64,000 bases of DNA from the human T2T-CHM13v2.0 reference genome, Homo sapiens. Both the position numbers and the translations under genes were made by a program. Below, piece after piece: positions 13,001-28,000 of the stretch. The DNA lies in NCBI RefSeq assembly GCF_009914755.1, contig NC_060938.1; one strand, 5' to 3'. The notes under the pieces were generated by a model. The model ran no database searches. It saw nothing but the letters and a program-made list of their open reading frames with translations, and was not told the origin of the DNA. The number at the start of each line of letters is the position of its first letter. Within the stretch, counting starts at the first letter, position 1.

Positions 13001-16000
13001 CTCTATGAGTTGAATGCAAACATCGCAAAGACGTTTCTGAGAATGCTTCTGTCTAGATTTGATATGAAGATATTCCCGTTTCCAACGAAATCTTCAAATC
13101 TATCCAAATGTCCACTTGCAGATTCAACAAAAAGTGTTTTTCAGAACTGCTCTATCAAAAGAAAGATCCACCTCTGTTAGCTGAGTTCAGACATCACAAA
13201 CAAGTTTATGAGAATGCTTCTGTCTAGTTTTTATTTGAAGATATTTCCTTTCTCACCATAGAGCTGAAAGCTGTCCTAATGTTCACTTCCAGTTACTACA
13301 GAAAGAGTATTTCAAAACTGCTGTACGAAAGGGAATGTTCAACTCTGTGACTTGAATGCACACATCACAAAGAAGTTTCTGAGGATGCTGCTGTCTACTT
13401 TTTATACTTAATCCCGTTTCCAACGAAATCCTCCAAGCTATCCAAATATCCACTTGCAGATTCCACAGAAAGACTGTTTCAAAACTGCTCTGTCAATAGA
13501 AAGGTTCAACTCTGTTAGCTGCGTGCATATATCCCAAAGCAGATTCTGAGATTGCTTCTGTCTAGTTTTTATGGGAAGATATTTCCCTTTTCACCGTAGG
13601 CGTCAAGGCGCTCCAAATGTCCACTTCCAGATACTACAAAAAGAGTGTTTCAAACCTACTCTGTGAAAGGGAATATTCAACTCTGTGACTTGAATGCACA
13701 TATCACAAGGAAGTTTCTGAGAATGCTTCTGTCGAGATTTTATATGAAGATATTCCCGTTTCCAACGAAATCCTGAAATCTATCCAAATATCCCCTCGCA
13801 GATTCTACAAAAAGAGTGTTTCAAAACTGCTCTTTAAAAAGAAAGGTTCAACTCTGTTAGTTGAGTACACACATCACAAACAAGTTTCACAGAATGCTTC
13901 TTTCTAGCTTGTAGGGGAAGATATTCCCTTTATCACCATGGGCCTCAAACCGTCCGATAAGTCCACTTCCATATACTACAAAAAGAGCGTTTCAAACCTG
14001 CTCTATGAAAGGCAACGTTCAACTCTGTGACTTGAATGCAGACATCACAGAGCAGTTTCTGAGAATGCTTCTGTCTAGATTTTATAGGAAGATATTCCCG
14101 TTTCCAACGAAATCTTCACAGCTATCCAAATATCCACTTGCAGATTCTACAAAAAGAGTGTATCAAAACTGCTCTGTCAAAAGGAAGGTTCTTCTCTGTT
14201 AGGTGAGTGCATACGTCATAAAGGAGTTTCTGAGAATGTTTCTGTCTAGTGGTTATGGGAAGATATTTGCTTTTTCCCCGTAGGCCTCAGGGCGCTCCAA
14301 ATGTCCACTTGCACATGCTACAAAAAGAGTGCTTCAAAGCTGCTCTCTGAAAGGGAATGTTCAACTCTATGAGTTGAATGCAAACATCACAAAGACGTTT
14401 CTGAGAATGCTTCTGTCTAGATTTGATATGAAGATATTCCCGTTTCCAACGAAATCTTCAAATCTATCCAAATGTCCACTTGCAGATTCAACAAAAAGTG
14501 TTTTTCAGAACTGCTCTATCAAAAGAAAGATCCACCTCTGTTAGCTGAGTTCAGACATCACAAACAAGTTTATGAGAATGCTTCTGTCTAGTTTTTATTT
14601 GAAGATATTTCCTTTCTCACCATAGACCTGAAAGCTGTCCTAATGTTCACTTCCAGTTACTACAGAGTGTTTCAAAACTGCTGTACGAAAGGGAATGTTC
14701 AACTCTGTGACTTGAATGCACACATCACAAAGAAGTTTCTGAGGATGCTGCTGTCTACTTTTTATACTTAATCCCGTTTCCAACGAAATCCTCCAAGCTA
14801 TCCAAATATCCACTTGCAGATTCCACAGAAAGACTGTTTCAAAACTGCTCTGTCAATAGAAAGGTTCAACTCTGTTAGCTGCGTGCATATATCCCAAAGA
14901 AGATTCTGAGATTGCTTCTGTCTAGTTTTTATGGGAAGATATTTCCCTTTTCACCGTAGGCGTCAAGGCGCTCCAAATGTCCACTTCCAGATACTACAAA
15001 AAGAGTGTTTCAAACCTACTCTGTGAAAGGGAATATTCAACTCTGTGACTTGAATGCACATATCACAAGGAAGTTTCTGAGAATGCTTCTGTCGAGATTT
15101 TATATGAAGATATTCCCGTTTCCAACGAAATCCTGAAATCTATCCAAATATCCCCTCGCAGATTCTACAAAAAGAGTGTTTCAAAACTGCTCTGTAAAAA
15201 GAAAGGTTCAACTCTGTTAGTTGAGTACACACATCACAAACAAGTTTCACAGAATGCTTCTTTCTAGCTTGTAGGGGAAGATATTCCCTTTATCACCATG
15301 GGCCTCAAACCGTCCGATAAGTCCACTTCCATATACTACAAAAAGAGCGTTTCAAACCTGCTCTATGAAAGGCAATGTTCAACTCTGTGACTTGAATGCA
15401 GACATCACAGAGCAGTTTCTGAGAATGCTTCTGTCTAGATTTTATAGGAAGATATTCCCGTTTCCAACGAAATCTTCACAGCTATCCAAATATCCACTTG
15501 CAGATTCTACAAAAAGAGTGTATCAAAACTGCTCTGTCAAAAGGAAGGTTCTTCTCTGTTAGGTGAGTGCATACGTCATAAAGGAGTTTCTGAGAATGTT
15601 TCTGTCTAGTGGTTATGGGAAGATATTTGCTTTTTCCCCGTAGGCCTCAGGGCGCTCCAAATGTCCACTTGCACATGCTACAAAAAGAGTGCTTCAAAGC
15701 TGCTCTCTGAAAGGGAATGTTCAACTCTATGAGTTGAATGCAAACATCGCAAAGACGTTTCTGAGAATGCTTCTGTCTAGATTTGATATGAAGATATTCC
15801 CGTTTCCAACGAAATCTTCAAATCTATCCAAATGTCCACTTGCAGATTCAACAAAAAGTGTTTTTCAGAACTGCTCTATCAAAAGAAAGATCCACCTCTG
15901 TTAGCTGAGTTCAGACATCACAAACAAGTTTATGAGAATGCTTCTGTCTAGTTTTTATTTGAAGATATTTCCTTTCTCACCATAGACCTGAAAGCTGTCC

Positions 16001-19000
16001 TAATGTTCACTTCCAGTTACTACAGAAAGAGTATTTCAAAACTGCTGTACGAAAGGGAATGTTCAACTCTGTGACTTGAATGCACACATCACAAAGAAGT
16101 TTCTGAGGATGCTGCTGTCTACTTTTTATACTTAATCCCGTTTCCAACGAAATCCTCCAAGCTATCCAAATATCCACTTGCAGATTCCACAGAAAGACTG
16201 TTTCAAAACTGCTCTGTCAATAGAAAGGTTCAACTCTGTTAGCTGCGTGCATATATCCCAAAGCAGATTCTGAGATTGCTTCTGTCTAGTTTTTATGGGA
16301 AGATATTTCCCTTTTCACCGTAGGCGTCAAGGCGCTCCAAATGTCCACTTCCAGATACTACAAAAAGAGTGTTTCAAACCTACTCTGTGAAAGGGAATAT
16401 TCAACTCTGTGACTTGAATGCACATATCACAAGGAAGTTTCTGAGAATGCTTCTGTCGAGATTTTATATGAAGATATTCCCGTTTCCAACGAAATCCTGA
16501 AATCTATCCAAATATCCCCTCGCAGATTCTACAAAAAGAGTGTTTCAAAACTGCTCTTTAAAAAGAAAGGTTCAACTCTGTTAGTTGAGTACACACATCA
16601 CAAACAAGTTTCACAGAATGCTTCTTTCTAGCTTGTAGGGGAAGATATTCCCTTTATCACCATGGGCCTCAAACCGTCCGATAAGTCCACTTCCATATAC
16701 TACAAAAAGAGCGTTTCAAACCTGCTCTATGAAAGGCAACGTTCAACTCTGTGACTTGAATGCAGACATCACAGAGCAGTTTCTGAGAATGCTTCTGTCT
16801 AGATTTTATAGGAAGATATTCCCGTTTCCAACGAAATCTTCACAGCTATCCAAATATCCACTTGCAGATTCTACAAAAAGAGTGTATCAAAACTGCTCTG
16901 TCAAAAGGAAGGTTCTTCTCTGTTAGGTGAGTGCATACGTCATAAAGGAGTTTCTGAGAATGTTTCTGTCTAGTGGTTATGGGAAGATATTTGCTTTTTC
17001 CCCGTAGGCCTCAGAGCGCTCCAAATATCCACTTGCACATACTACAAAAAGAGTGCCTCAAAGCTGCTCTCTGAAACGGAATGTTCAACTCTATGAGTTG
17101 AATGCAAACATCGCAAAGACGTTTCTGAGAATGCTTCTGTCTAGATTTGATATGAAGATATTCCCGTTTCCAACGAAATCTTCAAATCTATCCAAATGTC
17201 CACTTGCAGATTCAACAAAAAGTGTTTTTCAGAACTGCTCTATCAAAAGAAAGATCCACCTCTGTTAGCTGAGTTCACACATCACAAACAAGTTTATGAG
17301 AATGCTTCTGTCTAGTTTTTATTTGAAGATATTTCCTTTCTCACCATAGAGCTGAAAGCTGTCCTAATGTTCACTTCCAGATACTACAGAAAGAGTGTTT
17401 CAAAACTGCTGTACGAAAGGGAATGTTCAACTCTGTGACTTGAATGCACACATCACAAAGAAGTTTCTGAGGATGCTGCTGTCTACTTTTTATACGTAAT
17501 CCCGTTTCCAACGAAATCCTCCAAGCTATCCAAATATCCACTTGCAGATTCCACAGAAAGACTGTTTCAAAACTGCTCTGTCAATAGAAAGGTTCAACTC
17601 TGTTAGCTGCGTGCATATATCCCAAAGAAGATTCTGAGATTGCTTCTGTCTAGTTTTTATGGGAAGATATTTCCCTTTTCACCGTAGGCGTCAAGGCGCT
17701 CCAAATGTCCACTTCCAGATACTACAAAAAGAGTGTTTCAAACCTACTCTGTGAAAGGGAATATTCAACTCTGTGACTTGAATGCACATATCACAAAGAA
17801 GTTTCTGAGAATGCTTCTGTCGAGATTTTATATGAAGATATTCCCGTTTCCAACGAAATGCTGAAATCTATCCAAATATCCCCTCGCAGATTCTACAAAA
17901 AGAGTGTTTCAAAACTGCTCTGTGAAAAGAAAGGTTCAACTCTGTTAGTTGAGTACACACATCACAAACAAGTTTCACAGAATGCTTCTTTCTAGCTTGT
18001 AGGGGAAGATATTCCCTTTATCACCATGGGCCTCAAACCGTCCGAAAAGTCCACTTCCATATACTACAAAAAGAGCGTTTCAAACCTGCTCTATGAAAGG
18101 CAATGTTCAACTCTGTGACTTGAATGCAGACATCACAGAGCAGTTTCTGAGAATGCTTCTGTCTAGATTTTATAGGAAGATATTCCCGTTTCCAACGAAA
18201 TCTTCACAGCTATCCAAATATCCACTTGCAGATTCTACAAAAAGAGTGTATCAAAACTGCTCTGTCAAAAGGAAGGTTCTTCTCTGTTAGGTGAGTGCAT
18301 ACGTCATAAAGGAGTTTCTGAGAATGTTTCTGTCTAGTGGTTATGGGAAGATATTTGCTTTTTCCCCGTAGGCCTCAGGGCGCTCCAAATGTCCACTTGC
18401 ACATGCTACAAAAAGAGTGCTTCAAAGCTGCTCTCTGAAAGGGAATGTTCAACTCTATGAGTTGAATGCAAACATCGCAAAGACGTTTCTGAGAATGCTT
18501 CTGTCTAGATTTGATATGAAGATATTCCCGTTTCCAACGAAATCTTCAAATCTATCCAAATGTCCACTTGCAGATTCAACAAAAAGTGTTTTTCAGAACT
18601 GCTCTATCAAAAGAAAGATCCACCTCTGTTAGCTGAGTTCAGACATCACAAACAAGTTTATGAGAATGCTTCTGTCTAGTTTTTATTTGAAGATATTTCC
18701 TTTCTCACCATAGACCTGAAAGCTGTCCTAATGTTCACTTCCAGTTACTACAGAAAGAGTATTTCAAAACTGCTGTACGAAAGGGAATGTTCAACTCTGT
18801 GACTTGAATGCACACATCACAAAGAAGTTTCTGAGGATGCTGCTGTCTACTTTTTATACTTAATCCCGTTTCCAACGAAATCCTCCAAGCTATCCAAATA
18901 TCCACTTGCAGATTCCACAGAAAGACTGTTTCAAAACTGCTCTGTCAATAGAAAGGTTCAACTCTGTTAGCTGCGTGCATATATCCCAAAGCAGATTCTG

Positions 19001-22000
19001 AGATTGCTTCTGTCTAGTTTTTATGGGAAGATATTTCCCTTTTCACCGTAGGCGTCAAGGCGCTCCAAATGTCCACTTCCAGATACTACAAAAAGAGTGT
19101 TTCAAACCTACTCTGTGAAAGGGAATATTCAACTCTGTGACTTGAATGCACATATCACAAGGAAGTTTCTGAGAATGCTTCTGTCGAGATTTTATATGAA
19201 GATATTCCCGTTTCCAACGAAATCCTGAAATCTATCCAAATATCCCCTCGCAGATTCTACAAAAAGAGTGTTTCAAAACTGCTCTTTAAAAAGAAAGGTT
19301 CAACTCTGTTAGTTGAGTACACACATCACAAACAAGTTTCACAGAATGCTTCTTTCTAGCTTGTAGGGGAAGATATTCCCTTTATCACCATGGGCCTCAA
19401 ACCGTCCGATAAGTCCACTTCCATATACTACAAAAAGAGCGTTTCAAACCTGCTCTATGAAAGGCAACGTTCAACTCTGTGACTTGAATGCAGACATCAC
19501 AGAGCAGTTTCTGAGAATGCTTCTGTCTAGATTTTATAGGAAGATATTCCCGTTTCCAACGAAATCTTCACAGCTATCCAAATATCCACTTGCAGATTCT
19601 ACAAAAAGAGTGTATCAAAACTGCTCTGTCAAAAGGAAGGTTCTTCTCTGTTAGGTGAGTGCATACGTCATAAAGGAGTTTCTGAGAATGTTTCTGTCTA
19701 GTGGTTATGGGAAGATATTTGCTTTTTCCCCGTAGGCCTCAGGGCGCTCCAAATGTCCACTTGCACATGCTACAAAAAGAGTGCTTCAAAGCTGCTCTCT
19801 GAAAGGGAATGTTCAACTCTATGAGTTGAATGCAAACATCACAAAGACGTTTCTGAGAATGCTTCTGTCTAGATTTGATATGAAGATATTCCCGTTTCCA
19901 ACGAAATCTTCAAATCTATCCAAATGTCCACTTGCAGATTCAACAAAAAGTGTTTTTCAGAACTGCTCTATCAAAAGAAAGATCCACCTCTGTTAGCTGA
20001 GTTCAGACATCACAAACAAGTTTATGAGAATGCTTCTGTCTAGTTTTTATTTGAAGATATTTCCTTTCTCACCATAGACCTGAAAGCTGTCCTAATGTTC
20101 ACTTCCAGTTACTACAGAGTGTTTCAAAACTGCTGTACGAAAGGGAATGTTCAACTCTGTGACTTGAATGCACACATCACAAAGAAGTTTCTGAGGATGC
20201 TGCTGTCTACTTTTTATACTTAATCCCGTTTCCAACGAAATCCTCCAAGCTATCCAAATATCCACTTGCAGATTCCACAGAAAGACTGTTTCAAAACTGC
20301 TCTGTCAATAGAAAGGTTCAACTCTGTTAGCTGCGTGCATATATCCCAAAGAAGATTCTGAGATTGCTTCTGTCTAGTTTTTATGGGAAGATATTTCCCT
20401 TTTCACCGTAGGCGTCAAGGCGCTCCAAATGTCCACTTCCAGATACTACAAAAAGAGTGTTTCAAACCTACTCTGTGAAAGGGAATATTCAACTCTGTGA
20501 CTTGAATGCACATATCACAAGGAAGTTTCTGAGAATGCTTCTGTCGAGATTTTATATGAAGATATTCCCGTTTCCAACGAAATCCTGAAATCTATCCAAA
20601 TATCCCCTCGCAGATTCTACAAAAAGAGTGTTTCAAAACTGCTCTGTAAAAAGAAAGGTTCAACTCTGTTAGTTGAGTACACACATCACAAACAAGTTTC
20701 ACAGAATGCTTCTTTCTAGCTTGTAGGGGAAGATATTCCCTTTATCACCATGGGCCTCAAACCGTCCGATAAGTCCACTTCCATATACTACAAAAAGAGC
20801 GTTTCAAACCTGCTCTATGAAAGGCAATGTTCAACTCTGTGACTTGAATGCAGACATCACAGAGCAGTTTCTGAGAATGCTTCTGTCTAGATTTTATAGG
20901 AAGATATTCCCGTTTCCAACGAAATCTTCACAGCTATCCAAATATCCACTTGCAGATTCTACAAAAAGAGTGTATCAAAACTGCTCTGTCAAAAGGAAGG
21001 TTCTTCTCTGTTAGGTGAGTGCATACATCATAAAGGAGTTTCTGAGAATGTTTCTGTCTAGTGGTTATGGGAAGATATTTGCTTTTTCCCCGTAGGCCTC
21101 AGGGCGCTCCAAATGTCCACTTGCACATGCTACAAAAAGAGTGCTTCAAAGCTGCTCTCTGAAAGGGAATGTTCAACTCTATGAGTTGAATGCAAACATC
21201 GCAAAGACGTTTCTGAGAATGCTTCTGTCTAGATTTGATATGAAGATATTCCCGTTTCCAACGAAATCTTCAAATCTATCCAAATGTCCACTTGCAGATT
21301 CAACAAAAAGTGTTTTTCAGAACTGCTCTATCAAAAGAAAGATCCACCTCTGTTAGCTGAGTTCAGACATCACAAACAAGTTTATGAGAATGCTTCTGTC
21401 TAGTTTTTATTTGAAGATATTTCCTTTCTCACCATAGACCTGAAAGCTGTCCTAATGTTCACTTCCAGTTACTACAGAAAGAGTATTTCAAAACTGCTGT
21501 ACGAAAGGGAATGTTCAACTCTGTGACTTGAATGCACACATCACAAAGAAGTTTCTGAGGATGCTGCTGTCTACTTTTTATACTTAATCCCGTTTCCAAC
21601 GAAATCCTCCAAGCTATCCAAATATCCACTTGCAGATTCCACAGAAAGACTGTTTCAAAACTGCTCTGTCAATAGAAAGGTTCAACTCTGTTAGCTGCGT
21701 GCATATATCCCAAAGCAGATTCTGAGATTGCTTCTGTCTAGTTTTTATGGGAAGATATTTCCCTTTTCACCGTAGGCGTCAAGGCGCTCCAAATGTCCAC
21801 TTCCAGATACTACAAAAAGAGTGTTTCAAACCTACTCTGTGAAAGGGAATATTCAACTCTGTGACTTGAATGCACATATCACAAGGAAGTTTCTGAGAAT
21901 GCTTCTGTCGAGATTTTATATGAAGATATTCCCGTTTCCAACGAAATCCTGAAATCTATCCAAATATCCCCTCGCAGATTCTACAAAAAGAGTGTTTCAA

Positions 22001-25000
22001 AACTGCTCTTTAAAAAGAAAGGTTCAACTCTGTTAGTTGAGTACACACATCACAAACAAGTTTCACAGAATGCTTCTTTCTAGCTTGTAGGGGAAGATAT
22101 TCCCTTTATCACCATGGGCCTCAAACCGTCCGATAAGTCCACTTCCATATACTACAAAAAGAGCGTTTCAAACCTGCTCTATGAAAGGCAACGTTCAACT
22201 CTGTGACTTGAATGCAGACATCACAGAGCAGTTTCTGAGAATGCTTCTGTCTAGATTTTATAGGAAGATATTCCCGTTTCCAACGAAATCTTCACAGCTA
22301 TCCAAATATCCACTTGCAGATTCTACAAAAAGAGTGTATCAAAACTGCTCTGTCAAAAGGAAGGTTCTTCTCTGTTAGGTGAGTGCATACGTCATAAAGG
22401 AGTTTCTGAGAATGTTTCTGTCTAGTGGTTATGGGAAGATATTTGCTTTTTCCCCGTAGGCCTCAGGGCGCTCCAAATGTCCACTTGCACATGCTACAAA
22501 AAGAGTGCTTCAAAGCTGCTCTCTGAAAGGGAATGTTCAACTCTATGAGTTGAATGCAAACATCACAAAGACGTTTCTGAGAATGCTTCTGTCTAGATTT
22601 GATATGAAGATATTCCCGTTTCCAACGAAATCTTCAAATCTATCCAAATGTCCACTTGCAGATTCAACAAAAAGTGTTTTTCAGAACTGCTCTATCAAAA
22701 GAAAGATCCACCTCTGTTAGCTGAGTTCAGACATCACAAACAAGTTTATGAGAATGCTTCTGTCTAGTTTTTATTTGAAGATATTTCCTTTCTCACCATA
22801 GACCTGAAAGCTGTCCTAATGTTCACTTCCAGTTACTACAGAGTGTTTCAAAACTGCTGTACGAAAGGGAATGTTCAACTCTGTGACTTGAATGCACACA
22901 TCACAAAGAAGTTTCTGAGGATGCTGCTGTCTACTTTTTATACTTAATCCCGTTTCCAACGAAATCCTCCAAGCTATCCAAATATCCACTTGCAGATTCC
23001 ACAGAAAGACTGTTTCAAAACTGCTCTGTCAATAGAAAGGTTCAACTCTGTTAGCTGCGTGCATATATCCCAAAGAAGATTCTGAGATTGCTTCTGTCTA
23101 GTTTTTATGGGAAGATATTTCCCTTTTCACCGTAGGCGTCAAGGCGCTCCAAATGTCCACTTCCAGATACTACAAAAAGAGTGTTTCAAACCTACTCTGT
23201 GAAAGGGAATATTCAACTCTGTGACTTGAATGCACATATCACAAGGAAGTTTCTGAGAATGCTTCTGTCGAGATTTTATATGAAGATATTCCCGTTTCCA
23301 ACGAAATCCTGAAATCTATCCAAATATCCCCTCGCAGATTCTACAAAAAGAGTGTTTCAAAACTGCTCTGTAAAAAGAAAGGTTCAACTCTGTTAGTTGA
23401 GTACACACATCACAAACAAGTTTCACAGAATGCTTCTTTCTAGCTTGTAGGGGAAGATATTCCCTTTATCACCATGGGCCTCAAACCGTCCGATAAGTCC
23501 ACTTCCATATACTACAAAAAGAGCGTTTCAAACCTGCTCTATGAAAGGCAATGTTCAACTCTGTGACTTGAATGCAGACATCACAGAGCAGTTTCTGAGA
23601 ATGCTTCTGTCTAGATTTTATAGGAAGATATTCCCGTTTCCAACGAAATCTTCACAGCTATCCAAATATCCACTTGCAGATTCTACAAAAAGAGTGTATC
23701 AAAACTGCTCTGTCAAAAGGAAGGTTCTTCTCTGTTAGGTGAGTGCATACGTCATAAAGGAGTTTCTGAGAATGTTTCTGTCTAGTGGTTATGGGAAGAT
23801 ATTTGCTTTTTCCCCGTAGGCCTCAGGGCGCTCCAAATGTCCACTTGCACATGCTACAAAAAGAGTGCTTCAAAGCTGCTCTCTGAAAGGGAATGTTCAA
23901 CTCTATGAGTTGAATGCAAACATCGCAAAGACGTTTCTGAGAATGCTTCTGTCTAGATTTGATATGAAGATATTCCCGTTTCCAACGAAATCTTCAAATC
24001 TATCCAAATGTCCACTTGCAGATTCAACAAAAAGTGTTTTTCAGAACTGCTCTATCAAAAGAAAGATCCACCTCTGTTAGCTGAGTTCAGACATCACAAA
24101 CAAGTTTATGAGAATGCTTCTGTCTAGTTTTTATTTGAAGATATTTCCTTTCTCACCATAGACCTGAAAGCTGTCCTAATGTTCACTTCCAGTTACTACA
24201 GAAAGAGTATTTCAAAACTGCTGTACGAAAGGGAATGTTCAACTCTGTGACTTGAATGCACACATCACAAAGAAGTTTCTGAGGATGCTGCTGTCTACTT
24301 TTTATACTTAATCCCGTTTCCAACGAAATCCTCCAAGCTATCCAAATATCCACTTGCAGATTCCACAGAAAGACTGTTTCAAAACTGCTCTGTCAATAGA
24401 AAGGTTCAACTCTGTTAGCTGCGTGCATATATCCCAAAGCAGATTCTGAGATTGCTTCTGTCTAGTTTTTATGGGAAGATATTTCCCTTTTCACCGTAGG
24501 CGTCAAGGCGCTCCAAATGTCCACTTCCAGATACTACAAAAAGAGTGTTTCAAACCTACTCTGTGAAAGGGAATATTCAACTCTGTGACTTGAATGCACA
24601 TATCACAAGGAAGTTTCTGAGAATGCTTCTGTCGAGATTTTATATGAAGATATTCCCGTTTCCAACGAAATCCTGAAATCTATCCAAATATCCCCTCGCA
24701 GATTCTACAAAAAGAGTGTTTCAAAACTGCTCTTTAAAAAGAAAGGTTCAACTCTGTTAGTTGAGTACACACATCACAAACAAGTTTCACAGAATGCTTC
24801 TTTCTAGCTTGTAGGGGAAGATATTCCCTTTATCACCATGGGCCTCAAACCGTCCGATAAGTCCACTTCCATATACTACAAAAAGAGCGTTTCAAACCTG
24901 CTCTATGAAAGGCAACGTTCAACTCTGTGACTTGAATGCAGACATCACAGAGCAGTTTCTGAGAATGCTTCTGTCTAGATTTTATAGGAAGATATTCCCG

Positions 25001-28000
25001 TTTCCAACGAAATCTTCACAGCTATCCAAATATCCACTTGCAGATTCTACAAAAAGAGTGTATCAAAACTGCTCTGTCAAAAGGAAGGTTCTTCTCTGTT
25101 AGGTGAGTGCATACGTCATAAAGGAGTTTCTGAGAATGTTTCTGTCTAGTGGTTATGGGAAGATATTTGCTTTTTCCCCGTAGGCCTCAGGGCGCTCCAA
25201 ATGTCCACTTGCACATGCTACAAAAAGAGTGCTTCAAAGCTGCTCTCTGAAAGGGAATGTTCAACTCTATGAGTTGAATGCAAACATCGCAAAGACGTTT
25301 CTGAGAATGCTTCTGTCTAGATTTGATATGAAGATATTCCCGTTTCCAACGAAATCTTCAAATCTATCCAAATGTCCACTTGCAGATTCAACAAAAAGTG
25401 TTTTTCAGAACTGCTCTATCAAAAGAAAGATCCACCTCTGTTAGCTGAGTTCAGACATCACAAACAAGTTTATGAGAATGCTTCTGTCTAGTTTTTATTT
25501 GAAGATATTTCCTTTCTCACCATAGACCTGAAAGCTGTCCTAATGTTCACTTCCAGTTACTACAGAGTGTTTCAAAACTGCTGTACGAAAGGGAATGTTC
25601 AACTCTGTGACTTGAATGCACACATCACAAAGAAGTTTCTGAGGATGCTGCTGTCTACTTTTTATACTTAATCCCGTTTCCAACGAAATCCTCCAAGCTA
25701 TCCAAATATCCACTTGCAGATTCCACAGAAAGACTGTTTCAAAACTGCTCTGTCAATAGAAAGGTTCAACTCTGTTAGCTGCGTGCATATATCCCAAAGC
25801 AGATTCTGAGATTGCTTCTGTCTAGTTTTTATGGGAAGATATTTCCCTTTTCACCGTAGGCGTCAAGGCGCTCCAAATGTCCACTTCCAGATACTACAAA
25901 AAGAGTGTTTCAAACCTACTCTGTGAAAGGGAATATTCAACTCTGTGACTTGAATGCACATATCACAAGGAAGTTTCTGAGAATGCTTCTGTCGAGATTT
26001 TATATGAAGATATTCCCGTTTCCAACGAAATCCTGAAATCTATCCAAATATCCCCTCGCAGATTCTACAAAAAGAGTGTTTCAAAACTGCTCTTTAAAAA
26101 GAAAGGTTCAACTCTGTTAGTTGAGTACACACATCACAAACAAGTTTCACAGAATGCTTCTTTCTAGCTTGTAGGGGAAGATATTCCCTTTATCACCATG
26201 GGCCTCAAACCGTCCGATAAGTCCACTTCCATATACTACAAAAAGAGCGTTTCAAACCTGCTCTATGAAAGGCAACGTTCAACTCTGTGACTTGAATGCA
26301 GACATCACAGAGCAGTTTCTGAGAATGCTTCTGTCTAGATTTTATAGGAAGATATTCCCGTTTCCAACGAAATCTTCACAGCTATCCAAATATCCACTTG
26401 CAGATTCTACAAAAAGAGTGTATCAAAACTGCTCTGTCAAAAGGAAGGTTCTTCTCTGTTAGGTGAGTGCATACGTCATAAAGGAGTTTCTGAGAATGTT
26501 TCTGTCTAGTGGTTATGGGAAGATATTTGCTTTTTCCCCGTAGGCCTCAGGGCGCTCCAAATGTCCACTTGCACATGCTACAAAAAGAGTGCTTCAAAGC
26601 TGCTCTCTGAAAGGGAATGTTCAACTCTATGAGTTGAATGCAAACATCACAAAGACGTTTCTGAGAATGCTTCTGTCTAGATTTGATATGAAGATATTCC
26701 CGTTTCCAACGAAATCTTCAAATCTATCCAAATGTCCACTTGCAGATTCAACAAAAAGTGTTTTTCAGAACTGCTCTATCAAAAGAAAGATCCACCTCTG
26801 TTAGCTGAGTTCAGACATCACAAACAAGTTTATGAGAATGCTTCTGTCTAGTTTTTATTTGAAGATATTTCCTTTCTCACCATAGACCTGAAAGCTGTCC
26901 TAATGTTCACTTCCAGTTACTACAGAAAGAGTATTTCAAAACTGCTGTACGAAAGGGAATGTTCAACTCTGTGACTTGAATGCACACATCACAAAGAAGT
27001 TTCTGAGGATGCTGCTGTCTACTTTTTATACTTAATCCCGTTTCCAACGAAATCCTCCAAGCTATCCAAATATCCACTTGCAGATTCCACAGAAAGACTG
27101 TTTCAAAACTGCTCTGTCAATAGAAAGGTTCAACTCTGTTAGCTGCGTGCATATATCCCAAAGCAGATTCTGAGATTGCTTCTGTCTAGTTTTTATGGGA
27201 AGATATTTCCCTTTTCACCGTAGGCGTCAAGGCGCTCCAAATGTCCACTTCCAGATACTACAAAAAGAGTGTTTCAAACCTACTCTGTGAAAGGGAATAT
27301 TCAACTCTGTGACTTGAATGCACATATCACAAGGAAGTTTCTGAGAATGCTTCTGTCGAGATTTTATATGAAGATATTCCCGTTTCCAACGAAATCCTGA
27401 AATCTATCCAAATATCCCCTCGCAGATTCTACAAAAAGAGTGTTTCAAAACTGCTCTTTAAAAAGAAAGGTTCAACTCTGTTAGTTGAGTACACACATCA
27501 CAAACAAGTTTCACAGAATGCTTCTTTCTAGCTTGTAGGGGAAGATATTCCCTTTATCACCATGGGCCTCAAACCGTCCGATAAGTCCACTTCCATATAC
27601 TACAAAAAGAGCGTTTCAAACCTGCTCTATGAAAGGCAACGTTCAACTCTGTGACTTGAATGCAGACATCACAGAGCAGTTTCTGAGAATGCTTCTGTCT
27701 AGATTTTATAGGAAGATATTCCCGTTTCCAACGAAATCTTCACAGCTATCCAAATATCCACTTGCAGATTCTACAAAAAGAGTGTATCAAAACTGCTCTG
27801 TCAAAAGGAAGGTTCTTCTCTGTTAGGTGAGTGCATACGTCATAAAGGAGTTTCTGAGAATGTTTCTGTCTAGTGGTTATGGGAAGATATTTGCTTTTTC
27901 CCCGTAGGCCTCAGGGCGCTCCAAATGTCCACTTGCACATGCTACAAAAAGAGTGCTTCAAAGCTGCTCTCTGAAAGGGAATGTTCAACTCTATGAGTTG

